Part shown: positions 30,699-39,106 of the stretch, piece by piece
Layout: every line of letters begins with the position of its first letter
Numbering within the stretch: position 1 is the stretch's first letter
Assembly: GCA_902826395.1 (NCBI GenBank)
Contig: CADEER010000004.1
Span: forward strand, 3,574-67,573
DNA length: 64,000 bases
Direction of reading: 5' to 3'
From: an uncultured bacterium
GTDB lineage: Bacteria; Desulfobacterota; Binatia; HRBIN30; CADEER01
Notes under the pieces: generated by a model
The model's database searches: none
Seen by the model: only the letters and a program-made list of their open reading frames with translations
Told to the model about the DNA's origin: nothing
Program-made: the position numbers and the translations under genes

Positions 30699-31328
30699 TC
30701 ACTCCGCGAGCTGCACGGAAAACCGGGCGGCCTCCTCGGGGGTGTTTACGTTGCGAAATGACTCTTCTGCACCGCCGACGCCCTCCATCACTTCCTGCGG
30801 AATGTAGGCCGTCCTGACCAGCGGCAAGAAGTCGCGCATCGAACGCGCGCCGTCGTTGATCGCGGCGGCGATGCGACTGCGCAGGTGAGACGCATAGATG
30901 GCGTGCAACGGCTCGATGTCGCCATCCCAAGTCGGGACGACCGCCTCGTTCTCTCCGCCGAGAGCGCGCAGTCGTTCGACGAGAAAGAGAATCGGTTCCG
31001 GCCGAAGAAACGGCATGTCGCAGGCGGTCACGAACGCATGCCGCGCTTCGATGCGACCGAGGCCGGCGTGCAGGCCGCCGAGCGGACCTAAACCTCGCAG
31101 CTCATCTCCCGTGACCGCGACGGCGAAGCGCCGGTACTTCTCGGGCTGATTGCTGACCACCAGAACCTCGTCGAAGCACCCTCGGAGAACTCGCAACGTG
31201 CGCTCTAGTACGGTCTCTCCGTCTACCTGGAGGAAAGCCTTGTCGCGCCCTCCCATGCGACTGTTGCGGCCGCCGGCCAGGATGATTCCGGCGACTCCTG
31301 GCATCCGTCGCGGAACTGCGTCGCTCAT
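30699..31328 (-). CDS. mobA: molybdenum cofactor guanylyltransferase
   Basis: N-terminal GIILAGGRNSRMGGRDKAF nucleotidyltransferase motif. It is 209 aa. Confidence 0.7.
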   Translation of the reverse strand: MSDAVPRRMPGVAGIILAGGRNSRMGGRDKAFLQVDGETVLERTLRVLRGCFDEVLVVSNQPEKYRRFAVAVTGDELRGLGPLGGLHAGLGRIEARHAFVTACDMPFLRPEPILFLVERLRALGGENEAVVPTWDGDIEPLHAIYASHLRSRIAAAINDGARSMRDFLPLVRTAYIPQEVMEGVGGAEESFRNVNTPEEAARFSVQLAE

Positions 31329-31522
31329 TCTTGCTCTGACCTCGTACGGGGGAAGGGAGGCCCGACCATAAAAACGGCGCTTTCACCAGTCAACCTCACC
31401 TGCTCACTCTCACTCTCACCACGTCGAGCCGATGCTTGACGTGAGGCGCAATCGCGATTCTAACTCGCCCAACGCCCTGCCGGCGCTCGAGGCGCGACCA
31501 CGACGGGAGATTCGAGGCCACG

Positions 31523-31954
31523 ATGTCGACGACATACACGGGACCGCTGCCAGTACCTACTCCGGAATCGCGCCCATTCTGGGACGCGGCGAAGCAACAC
31601 CGGCTTTCGCTTCCCTACTGCGAGAGCTGTAAGCGCTCGTTCTTCTATCCACGGCCATTCTGCCCTTTCTGCTTCGGCGAAGATGTTTCGTGGCGCGATT
31701 CCTGTGGGCGCGGGACGTTGATTACCTTCGTCATCAACCATCGTCCGCCGCGAAGCTTTCCGAACCAGGATCCGCTCGTCATCGGCATCGTCGAGCTCGC
31801 CGAAGGGCCGCGGCTGATGTCGCAGATCGTCGGGGTCGAGCCCTCGCCGGACCATGTCGTCTGCGACATGCCGGTAGAAGTCGTTTTCGACGACGTCACC
31901 GCCGAGGTTACCCTTCCCAAGTTCCGACCGACGAACAGGGCGACGCCGCTATGA
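31523..31954 (+). CDS. Zn-ribbon OB-fold protein (DUF35 family), partner of thiolase-like enzymes
   Basis: Zn-ribbon CESC...CPFC followed by an OB-fold. Its stop overlaps the start of the downstream thiolase-like gene (ATGA). Confidence 0.7.
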   Translation: MSTTYTGPLPVPTPESRPFWDAAKQHRLSLPYCESCKRSFFYPRPFCPFCFGEDVSWRDSCGRGTLITFVINHRPPRSFPNQDPLVIGIVELAEGPRLMSQIVGVEPSPDHVVCDMPVEVVFDDVTAEVTLPKFRPTNRATPL

Positions 31955-33123
31955 GCGGCGCCAGCTCAGCGACCATGCCGCTGCGAGCACGCGCCGCGAT
32001 CGTCGGCGTCGGTGAGTCGGACCAGATCGGTCGACTGGCGGACAAGTCGGCGCAGCAACTCCACATGGAGGCAGCGCGCAATGCGCTCGCCGACGCTGGC
32101 CTCGGTCCCGGCGATGTCGATGCGGTATTCACGTCCGGACGCAACATGGCAAACGAGGTTCCCGAGTATCTCGGCATCAAGCCGCGCTTCGTCGGCGGCA
32201 CTCAGGTCGGCGGCTGCTCATTCCTGGTTCACGTCGAGCACGCGATGGCGGCGATCGCGGCGGGAGTCTGTTCGGTTGCGCTGATCACACACGGAGAGAG
32301 CGGGTACTCGCGCATCGGCATGCCCCGCCAGCGGTGGGGCGACGACTCGGTAAACAACCAGTTCGAGATTCCCTACGGAGCAGGCGGCCCGGTCATTGGC
32401 TACGGGTTGGCGGCGACGCGACACATGCACGAGTACGGCACGACCAGCGAGCAGCTCGCGGAGGTTGCTGTCGCCGCACGCGCGTGGGCAACGCTCAACC
32501 CGCGCGCCTTCTCCCGCAACCCTCTTTCGATCGGCGACGTGCTCTCCTCGCGCCTGATCGCCTGGCCGTTGCATCTTCTCGATTGCTGCCTGGTGACCGA
32601 CGCCGGCGGCGCCGTTGTATTGACGTCAGCCGAGCGGTCGCGCGATCTTCCCGCGAAGCCGATCTACGTACTGGGGGCAGGCACGTCGCTCACTCATCAG
32701 ATGGTGAGCCAGATGCCGAACTTCGATCGCTGGGACGCGGCAGAGCGATCCGGCGCGGCCGCTTTCGCAATGGCGGGCGTCTCCCCCCGCGACATCGATG
32801 TCGCCGAGATCTACGACGCATTCACCATCGTGCCCCTGCTGGCGCTAGAGGCGCTGGGATTCTGCGGGCGCGGTGAAAGCGGCGCCTTCGTCACTGGAGG
32901 GCGGATTGCGCCCGGTGGCGAGTTCCCAATGAACACCAACGGCGGCGGGCTCTCGTATACCCACACTGGCATGTACGGAATCTTCCTCATCGTCGAAGCC
33001 GTCCGGCAGCTGCGTGGTCAATCCGGCGACGCTCAGGTCAATGGTGCAGAGCTGGCGCTCTGCCACGGCACTGGCGGCGAATGGAGCTCTGCGGCTACGC
33101 TCATCCTATCGACCCACGATTGA
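31951..33123 (+). CDS. thiolase-like protein (SCP-x / non-specific lipid-transfer-protein type acetyl-CoA C-acyltransferase)
   Basis: Thiolase fold with the N-terminal AAIVGVGESDQIGRL Cys-less 'thiolase-like' signature and a C-terminal HGTGGE. Uses the internal ATG at 31951 of track ORF 31690..33123. The DUF35-thiolase pairing is conserved. Confidence 0.7.
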   Translation: MSGASSATMPLRARAAIVGVGESDQIGRLADKSAQQLHMEAARNALADAGLGPGDVDAVFTSGRNMANEVPEYLGIKPRFVGGTQVGGCSFLVHVEHAMAAIAAGVCSVALITHGESGYSRIGMPRQRWGDDSVNNQFEIPYGAGGPVIGYGLAATRHMHEYGTTSEQLAEVAVAARAWATLNPRAFSRNPLSIGDVLSSRLIAWPLHLLDCCLVTDAGGAVVLTSAERSRDLPAKPIYVLGAGTSLTHQMVSQMPNFDRWDAAERSGAAAFAMAGVSPRDIDVAEIYDAFTIVPLLALEALGFCGRGESGAFVTGGRIAPGGEFPMNTNGGGLSYTHTGMYGIFLIVEAVRQLRGQSGDAQVNGAELALCHGTGGEWSSAATLILSTHD

Positions 33124-33143
33124 GCACCGCATCGGCCTGATTC

Positions 33144-33440
33144 ATGAGCCGCAGTGACACCAATGGCTTTCGCCTCTTCTTGCGTCTCGGCGACAGCGTC
33201 ACGCATCGCGACCATCGCGAGTGGGGCGAAGGACGCGTCACCGAAGAGATGACGTCGACCGTCCCCGGCGGCACGTGTCTGGTGCGCATCATTTTCCAGG
33301 ATGGCCGCCAGCGCACCTTCAACAACGACCTCGATTCGCAGATGTGCTGCTACTACCTGGGCCTGCGAAAGGTCTGGGATCCGGAAGAGGAGGACCGCCC
33401 GCGCGTCGTGCAGCGTCGCCGCATCAGCTACAGTCGATGA
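33144..33440 (+). CDS. hypothetical small protein (possibly DUF3553-like)
   Basis: 98 aa. It has a GDxVxHxxxxEWGEGRV core and native codon usage. Confidence 0.35.
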   Translation: MSRSDTNGFRLFLRLGDSVTHRDHREWGEGRVTEEMTSTVPGGTCLVRIIFQDGRQRTFNNDLDSQMCCYYLGLRKVWDPEEEDRPRVVQRRRISYSR

Positions 33441-33486
33441 GTCGTAGGCGCGTTACGCGATCGTGGTGAACGGCGGCTACGGCAGT

Positions 33487-34083
33487 TCAGACGCCGGCGC
33501 GATCGGCCTCCCAGGCGCGGATCGCCTCGGGAGAGAGATACTGCGCGATGTAGTCCTTGAATGCGCGCAGCGCGCGCTTGCGGTCCTTGAACAGCTCTTC
33601 CTTCACCCATTCGCCCTGAACCCAACAGTCGAACGAGGGCTCTCTGGTCAGCGCCAACTCGAGCACTCGCTCGCCAACCGGAGTGCCCGTAACGAGCAAT
33701 CGCACGCTCCGACCGGAATCGATGAAGGCGCCGCGCGCATAGCCGGGTAAATCGACGGCGCTGCGAATCTGCTCCGCTTCCTTTGACGGCAAGGGCCGGT
33801 CGACCAGTTGAACGTAGCCCCAATGCCCGAGATCGGGATTGGCCTCGACGAGGAGCTTCTGATTTAGGTCGGTGAGGCGGGCGCGTGCAGCCTCCTGCTC
33901 GAATCCTTGTGCGGCCCGATAGAACTTCTGGCCGACCGGCGGCGCCGCGACCGGAGCGACGACCGGCGCTGCCTTGACGTTGTCTTTGCCACCGAAGTCG
34001 ACCCACCAGCGGTCCTTCACCGCCTTGTCGTCACCGCCTTCCGGCTGCTCGGCCGGGCTGTCCTTATCGTCCGGCGTGCTCAT
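33487..34083 (-). CDS. hypothetical protein, translationally coupled partner of the SprT-like gene
   Basis: An internal ATG (plus 'cat' 34081-34083) overlaps the stop of the upstream gene as ATGA. The product, MSTPDDKDSPAEQPEGGDDKAVKDRWWVDFGGKDN...SPEAIRAWEADRAGV (199 aa), has no domain I recognise. The N-terminal 190 aa of the 388-aa track ORF is out-of-frame overlap with the SprT-like gene and is probably spurious. Confidence 0.45.
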   Translation of the reverse strand: MSTPDDKDSPAEQPEGGDDKAVKDRWWVDFGGKDNVKAAPVVAPVAAPPVGQKFYRAAQGFEQEAARARLTDLNQKLLVEANPDLGHWGYVQLVDRPLPSKEAEQIRSAVDLPGYARGAFIDSGRSVRLLVTGTPVGERVLELALTREPSFDCWVQGEWVKEELFKDRKRALRAFKDYIAQYLSPEAIRAWEADRAGV

Positions 34084-34509
34084 GCAGCGCGCCGGTTGCC
34101 GTTGCGACTCATGATCGCACGCGGCCCCTTGCGTTCGCCCGCCACGACGCTGCGCTCCATCTTCTCTGCGAAGATGTCCGCTTTGGCCTCTGCGTCCGTC
34201 CACAGAATGTAGTGCCCCATCTCGTGGAAGACCGTGTTGATCCACTGCCGCTCGGAGTTGTACTTGCGGCCGCGTTTCCAGTTCTCCGGATGGACCAGGC
34301 AGATGGTACCGTCCTCGAACGTCCTCCCGGCCGTGCGACCCCAATCGAGGTACTCGAACCACACGACGCACGGCCTCTTCAGCCGGTAGAACTTGCAGAT
34401 CTCGGACACCGCCTTGTTGAACCGCGACACCTTGTGCTCGCGAAAGAACTCGCTGAGCAGCCGGTGAATCGACTTTCTTTCCCGCAGCGGTGGAACGGCC
34501 ATCCGCATG
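34080..34509 (-). CDS. SprT-like zinc metalloprotease domain protein (HExxH), short form
   Basis: GRTAGRTFEDGTICLVHPENWKRGRKYNSERQWINTVFHEMGHYILW aligns with the E. coli SprT core [43 protein letters not shown]. Likely start is MRMAVPPL with a GGGGGTG RBS. The track ORF starts at a TTG at 34622. Confidence 0.5.
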
Positions 34510-34715
34510 ATCTGTGTCACCCCCGGAGGCTTCGAAGTGGGCAGGACGATAGAGGGGCCTCCCCGCCTTGTCAACGTGCCCGGAGCCCTCCGATCCCACT
34601 TCCACTCCAAGAATTTTCTCAATTATTTCATAAGGTTGTCGAATCCGCCTCAATGTTTCTCGCGATCGCGTCCCGACCTGGTCCCGAGCTTTTTCCTTCT
34701 GTATGATCGGCCGCC

Positions 34716-35540
34716 ATGTACCCCGAAATCGCCACCATCGGTCCGGTCACCCTGTACTCATTCGGAGCGATGATGGGCTTGGGGTTCCTGGTCGCCGCGA
34801 ACCTGGCGCGGCGCGAGCTCCGACGCCGCGGTCTGAACCCCGAACTGGCATCCACCCTGCTCTTCGCAACCGCCGCAGGAGGAATCCTCGGGTCGCGTAT
34901 CTGGGCGATTTTCAACGACTGGACGGTCCTGGTGACCGATCCGATGACCGCCCTTTTCGGAGGAGCCGGCTTTGTCTGGTACGGCGGCCTGATCGGCGGG
35001 GCGATCGCCGCCAGCGCAGTTTTCTTCCAGCATGGCATCCCCTGGCTGCGCGGCGCCGATTGCGTCGCGCCCGGGCTCGCCCTCGGCCAGGCCCTCGGCC
35101 GCGTCGGCTGTCACCTCGCCGGCGACGGCGACTGGGGCGCGGTAACCACGGTACCCTGGGGTGTCGCCTACCGGGAGTCGGTCATCGGCTGGCCCTATCC
35201 CGACGGAGTTCTCGTTCACCCCACGCCGGTGTACGAGGCGGTCGCGTATACCGTCTCGTTCTTCCTCATCTGGGGCTTTAGGCGCCGCTTCACCGCCGAC
35301 GGAAGCGCCTTCGCCCTCTATCTCGTTACCGCGCCGGCGGCGCGCTTCTTCATCGAGTTCTATCGCATCAATCCGCCGGTCTTCGCCGGCCTCACCCAGG
35401 CGCAGTTGTTCAGCCTCGCCTTGGTCGCCGCCGGCGTCTTACTGTTCGCCACCGCTCGCTACCGGCAAAGCAGGGACCCATCGCCATTGCTGACTGGCGA
35501 TCTCAATGCCACCGCCGAGCCTTCCGTGTCGACCTCATGA
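34716..35540 (+). CDS. lgt: prolipoprotein diacylglyceryl transferase
   Basis: Lgt signature: a polytopic membrane protein with YGGLIGGAIAA and the conserved G/W-rich motifs. It is 274 aa. Confidence 0.8.
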   Translation: MYPEIATIGPVTLYSFGAMMGLGFLVAANLARRELRRRGLNPELASTLLFATAAGGILGSRIWAIFNDWTVLVTDPMTALFGGAGFVWYGGLIGGAIAASAVFFQHGIPWLRGADCVAPGLALGQALGRVGCHLAGDGDWGAVTTVPWGVAYRESVIGWPYPDGVLVHPTPVYEAVAYTVSFFLIWGFRRRFTADGSAFALYLVTAPAARFFIEFYRINPPVFAGLTQAQLFSLALVAAGVLLFATARYRQSRDPSPLLTGDLNATAEPSVSTS

Positions 35541-36073
35541 AGCGCCTCTTGCCGTTCGCGATCCTCGCCGTGGTGCTCGCTGCAGCCGTCGCCTTGCAGT
35601 CGCTGCAAGGCCGACACAGCACAGGGTACGAAGCCGCCGACTTCGAATTGCCCGATCTCGCCGGGCGCCTGCACCGGCTGAGCGAGCTGCGTGGGAAGGT
35701 AGTCTTCCTCAACTTGTGGGCGACCTGGTGCCCTCCGTGCATCGCGGAGATGCCTTCGATCGAGGCACTGCACCGGAGGTTCGCCGGCAGCGACCTCGTC
35801 GTCCTCGCGGTCAGCGAAGATGCTGACGGAGAGAAGTCGGTACGACCGATCGTCGAGCGTCTCGGGCTGTCGTTTCCCATTCTGCTCGACCCGCAGGGAG
35901 CCCTGTCGCCGCGCTACGGCGTCACCGGCTACCCGGAGACTTTCGTGATCGGCCGCGATGGCCGGGTCCTCGAGCATTTCATCGGCCCGACCGATTGGGT
36001 GAGTCCCGAGCGAATCAACTACTTCGACGCCCTGCTCCGCCAGCCAGCCGGACCGGCCGCCTCCGGGCAGTGA
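35537..36073 (+). CDS. TlpA/ResA/CcmG(DsbE)-family periplasmic thiol:disulfide oxidoreductase
   Basis: WATWCPPC redox motif and GVTGYPETFVIGRDGRV, which is the DsbE/CcmG fingerprint. It has an N-terminal signal anchor and a 4-nt overlap with lgt. Confidence 0.75.
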   Translation: MKRLLPFAILAVVLAAAVALQSLQGRHSTGYEAADFELPDLAGRLHRLSELRGKVVFLNLWATWCPPCIAEMPSIEALHRRFAGSDLVVLAVSEDADGEKSVRPIVERLGLSFPILLDPQGALSPRYGVTGYPETFVIGRDGRVLEHFIGPTDWVSPERINYFDALLRQPAGPAASGQ

Positions 36074-36080
36074 TCGCAAC

Positions 36081-39000
36081 TCAGAACCGCGCCCCGATGC
36101 TGATCGAGAATTCGCCGAATGACTCCTGGGGCCGACTGCCGTCCGCCAGCGTGCGAGTGCGCCGGTCGAGCTTGATGCCGTAGTCGACACTGATCGGGCC
36201 GATCGGCGTGACATAGCGCAGGCCGAGGCCGGCGGCGGTGCGAAAGTTGTCCAACGCCACGTCCGCATCGCGGATCCGAGTCTCCGGATCGGCCGGATCA
36301 CCCGCCCGACAGTCGGCGTCGCAGCGCGTGAGGTAGTTGGCACCTCCGTCGACGAACACGACCAACCCGAGCTCCCAGATCAGCGGGATACGCACCTCCG
36401 CCTTGGTGACAATGGCGAGGTCGCCGCCAACCTCGCTTCCGTCACCGTCATAGGGCCCGAGGCTGTTGACGGCGAAGCCGCGCACCGATTCGCCACCACC
36501 CACGAAATAGCGATTGCGGATCGGCACAATCGGATCGCCGTCCAGGCTGCGCACCCAACCAACGCGCACCGAGTACACGAAGCCCCACTTTCTCCATAGC
36601 GGGATCAGATGGGTGTGTTGGCCGACCACCTCGAACAGATCGACGTCGGACACACCCGGAACGGCATAGCGCACACGCAGCGACTCGAAGAGACCCGATC
36701 GCGGATCGAACACGCTGTCGCGCCCGTCGTAGACGACAAAAGGACTCAAGGATGTGGTCCATGCCTGCTGCTCGTCGCGCTCGCGGAACGGCACAGGCAA
36801 CACGTCGAAGACGCGAGCGAACTCGACCTGCAGATCGGCGCCGACGTGGTACTTGTCAAAAATCCGGCGACTCAGTCCCGTCGCAACGCTGCCGCGCTCC
36901 ACGTTGTACTGATCGACGGCACGCGTATTGCGCTCGCCAAGCAGATTGAGCTGGTACGTCAATGGCCCGTCGAAGAGACGCGGCTCCACGAACTCGCTGG
37001 TCAGGAGGTACTGGGTTGGTTCCTTGCTGTCGCCGGGATCGAAGCCAACCTGACCGCGCAACCTCAGCCTCTGGGCTCTGCGATTGACGTTGGCAAAACT
37101 GATCTCGCCAAAGCCGGTGAGTCCCTGACGGGTATCGTAACCCGCGCCGTAAGCAATTCTGCCCGGTGCTCGCGGAACGACCTTGACCGCGAGGCGTCGC
37201 TCACCCGTACCCGGGGTCGGCAACGCAGCGACCTCCTCCGTCGAATCCCCATCGTCATCATCATCATCGGCAGCAACGGCCGTGTTCTCGCTTTCGTCCT
37301 CCAGGTCGATTGGGGCAATGGAAACGTTGCGGAAGACGCCCGCGTCGTAGATCCGCTGCTGTGCGTTGCCCAACTGCTCGACGTCGACGATTGCGCCGGC
37401 ACTGAACGGCAGGTCGCGTGTAATCACGACATAACGCGTGTCCGAGTTTCCTTGGATCAATATGTCGCTGATTCGGTGCTGCGGGCCCGGTGCGACGTCC
37501 CAAAGGACTTGAGCAGCAACATCGGAGGCATCCGGCTGGCGTTTGATATCGACCTTGACCCGCGCGTCGAAATAGCCCTTGCGCCGCAACTCGGACTCCA
37601 GTCTCGCGCGCGCCTCGCGCAAGGCCACGATGTCGAGCGGCTCACCCATCGCGCCAGCGCCGACGACCACACCGAGGCCGGCAAGGCCTTCCGTCCCCAG
37701 CACATCGCGTACATACGTCCGCGGCCCCTCTTCGACCGTGAATCGCACTCTAGCCACACGCTCCTTCTCGTCGAGCTCGACACTGCTCGATACCTTTGCC
37801 GACTCGAAGCCGCCTCGCACGTAGCGCACGCGGATCCTCTCGCGGTCTTCCGCCAGCACTTCGTCGACGACGCGCGGCGGGCGAACCGCCCCAAGGACCC
37901 CGCCGCGTCCGGTCTCCACTACTTCGCGGAGCGACTCTTCGCCGATGGCCCGATTGCCGGTGATCTCGACGGCCGCGATCTTGAACCGGTCGCCCTCGAC
38001 GACGCTGTAGATGATGTCTCCACCGTCGGACTCGAAGGTCACCGTTGCCTTGTAGAACCCGCGCCGCTGATACTCAGCCTCCATCTTCTTCGCTACCTGT
38101 CGCCAGGTGTTGCGACTGAGGAAGATTCGATCGTAGATCTCGTCGCGCGGCAGGAGCTCTTCGTCGTCGACCGACTCGTTCCCGTTGATGACGATCGCTT
38201 GGCGCCTGCCGACTGCCACCGTCGCGACGAGCCGTCCCGCCACCGCATCGACTTGCTCCCAAGTCACGTCTACCTGCGAGTCGAAGTACCCTTCCTCGCG
38301 CAATCGCCGAACAATCTGGCGGCGAGTCTTGCGCGACAGATCACGGACCTCAGGTGTGCCGATCAACTCACGCAGCACCTCCTCCGCAACCCGCGCCGCT
38401 TCCGCGTCGGTTCCTTCCGCGGGGCGAAGCTCGACCTCAGTCACGATCCGCGGCAGGCCGCTCTCGACTTCAATATCGATCTCGGTGCCGCTCTCCTCGT
38501 GGCGCACCTGCGTCGAGACGCTCGCCGACGCATAGCCGGCGGCGTGGTAGCGCTGCAGAATCCGCTTGGTAGCACGGTCGAGCAGCTCGGGCTCGTACAC
38601 GTTTCCGGGCCGCAGCGGGATCAGCCGTCGAACCTCCTGCTCGGTCGGAGCCGGAGCGCGATCGGGGTTGCCCGTCAGCCAACGCCAACTGGCGCGAACG
38701 ACGGCGAACGGCGGCAACTCGGCACCAGACAAGTTGACATGGGTGAGGCGGGGTCTGAGTCCGAGATCGACCACGAGGACACACTGCGTCGGCTCATCCG
38801 ACGGCGACCCTTCAGGCACCAGGCTCAGCTCGACGAATCGAAAGACCTGCGTCTCGAGCAACCTGCTCGCAACGTGCCCCGCGCGCTCGGTGCTCCATAC
38901 ACCGGGCGCATCGATCCCGGCCAGGGCGCGCAAGCCGTCTTCGTCGATCCAACCATCGGCCACAAATCGAGTCGACGTGAACCGAGCCGGCAAATCGCAC

Positions 39001-39104
39001 GGGGCTGCAACCGCAACGCCGGAGTGATTCGCGGCCAGGATTGCGACCGCCGCGACGACGGCTCGTGCTCCGCGAGACGCACGTGGTGTCAATGCAGAGC
39101 GCAT
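36081..39104 (-). CDS. Omp85-family outer-membrane protein (BamA/TamA-like; POTRA repeats plus C-terminal 16-strand barrel), ~1007 aa
   Basis: Signal peptide MRSALTPRASRGARAVVAAVAILA (internal Met, 2 nt after the tamB stop), POTRA-like repeats, an acidic insert DDDDDDGDSTEE, and a C-terminal 'bacterial surface antigen' barrel ending ...FSISIGARF. Confidence 0.7.
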   Translation of the reverse strand: MRSALTPRASRGARAVVAAVAILAANHSGVAVAAPCDLPARFTSTRFVADGWIDEDGLRALAGIDAPGVWSTERAGHVASRLLETQVFRFVELSLVPEGSPSDEPTQCVLVVDLGLRPRLTHVNLSGAELPPFAVVRASWRWLTGNPDRAPAPTEQEVRRLIPLRPGNVYEPELLDRATKRILQRYHAAGYASASVSTQVRHEESGTEIDIEVESGLPRIVTEVELRPAEGTDAEAARVAEEVLRELIGTPEVRDLSRKTRRQIVRRLREEGYFDSQVDVTWEQVDAVAGRLVATVAVGRRQAIVINGNESVDDEELLPRDEIYDRIFLSRNTWRQVAKKMEAEYQRRGFYKATVTFESDGGDIIYSVVEGDRFKIAAVEITGNRAIGEESLREVVETGRGGVLGAVRPPRVVDEVLAEDRERIRVRYVRGGFESAKVSSSVELDEKERVARVRFTVEEGPRTYVRDVLGTEGLAGLGVVVGAGAMGEPLDIVALREARARLESELRRKGYFDARVKVDIKRQPDASDVAAQVLWDVAPGPQHRISDILIQGNSDTRYVVITRDLPFSAGAIVDVEQLGNAQQRIYDAGVFRNVSIAPIDLEDESENTAVAADDDDDDGDSTEEVAALPTPGTGERRLAVKVVPRAPGRIAYGAGYDTRQGLTGFGEISFANVNRRAQRLRLRGQVGFDPGDSKEPTQYLLTSEFVEPRLFDGPLTYQLNLLGERNTRAVDQYNVERGSVATGLSRRIFDKYHVGADLQVEFARVFDVLPVPFRERDEQQAWTTSLSPFVVYDGRDSVFDPRSGLFESLRVRYAVPGVSDVDLFEVVGQHTHLIPLWRKWGFVYSVRVGWVRSLDGDPIVPIRNRYFVGGGESVRGFAVNSLGPYDGDGSEVGGDLAIVTKAEVRIPLIWELGLVVFVDGGANYLTRCDADCRAGDPADPETRIRDADVALDNFRTAAGLGLRYVTPIGPISVDYGIKLDRRTRTLADGSRPQESFGEFSISIGARF

Positions 39105-39106
39105 CC

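Noticed and set aside
33487-34653. 388-aa and 180-aa overlapping minus-strand ORFs as called
   Set aside because: I re-interpreted them as two non-overlapping, ATGA-coupled genes (33487..34083 and 34080..34509). The N-terminal half of the 388-aa ORF is out of frame with the HExxH gene.
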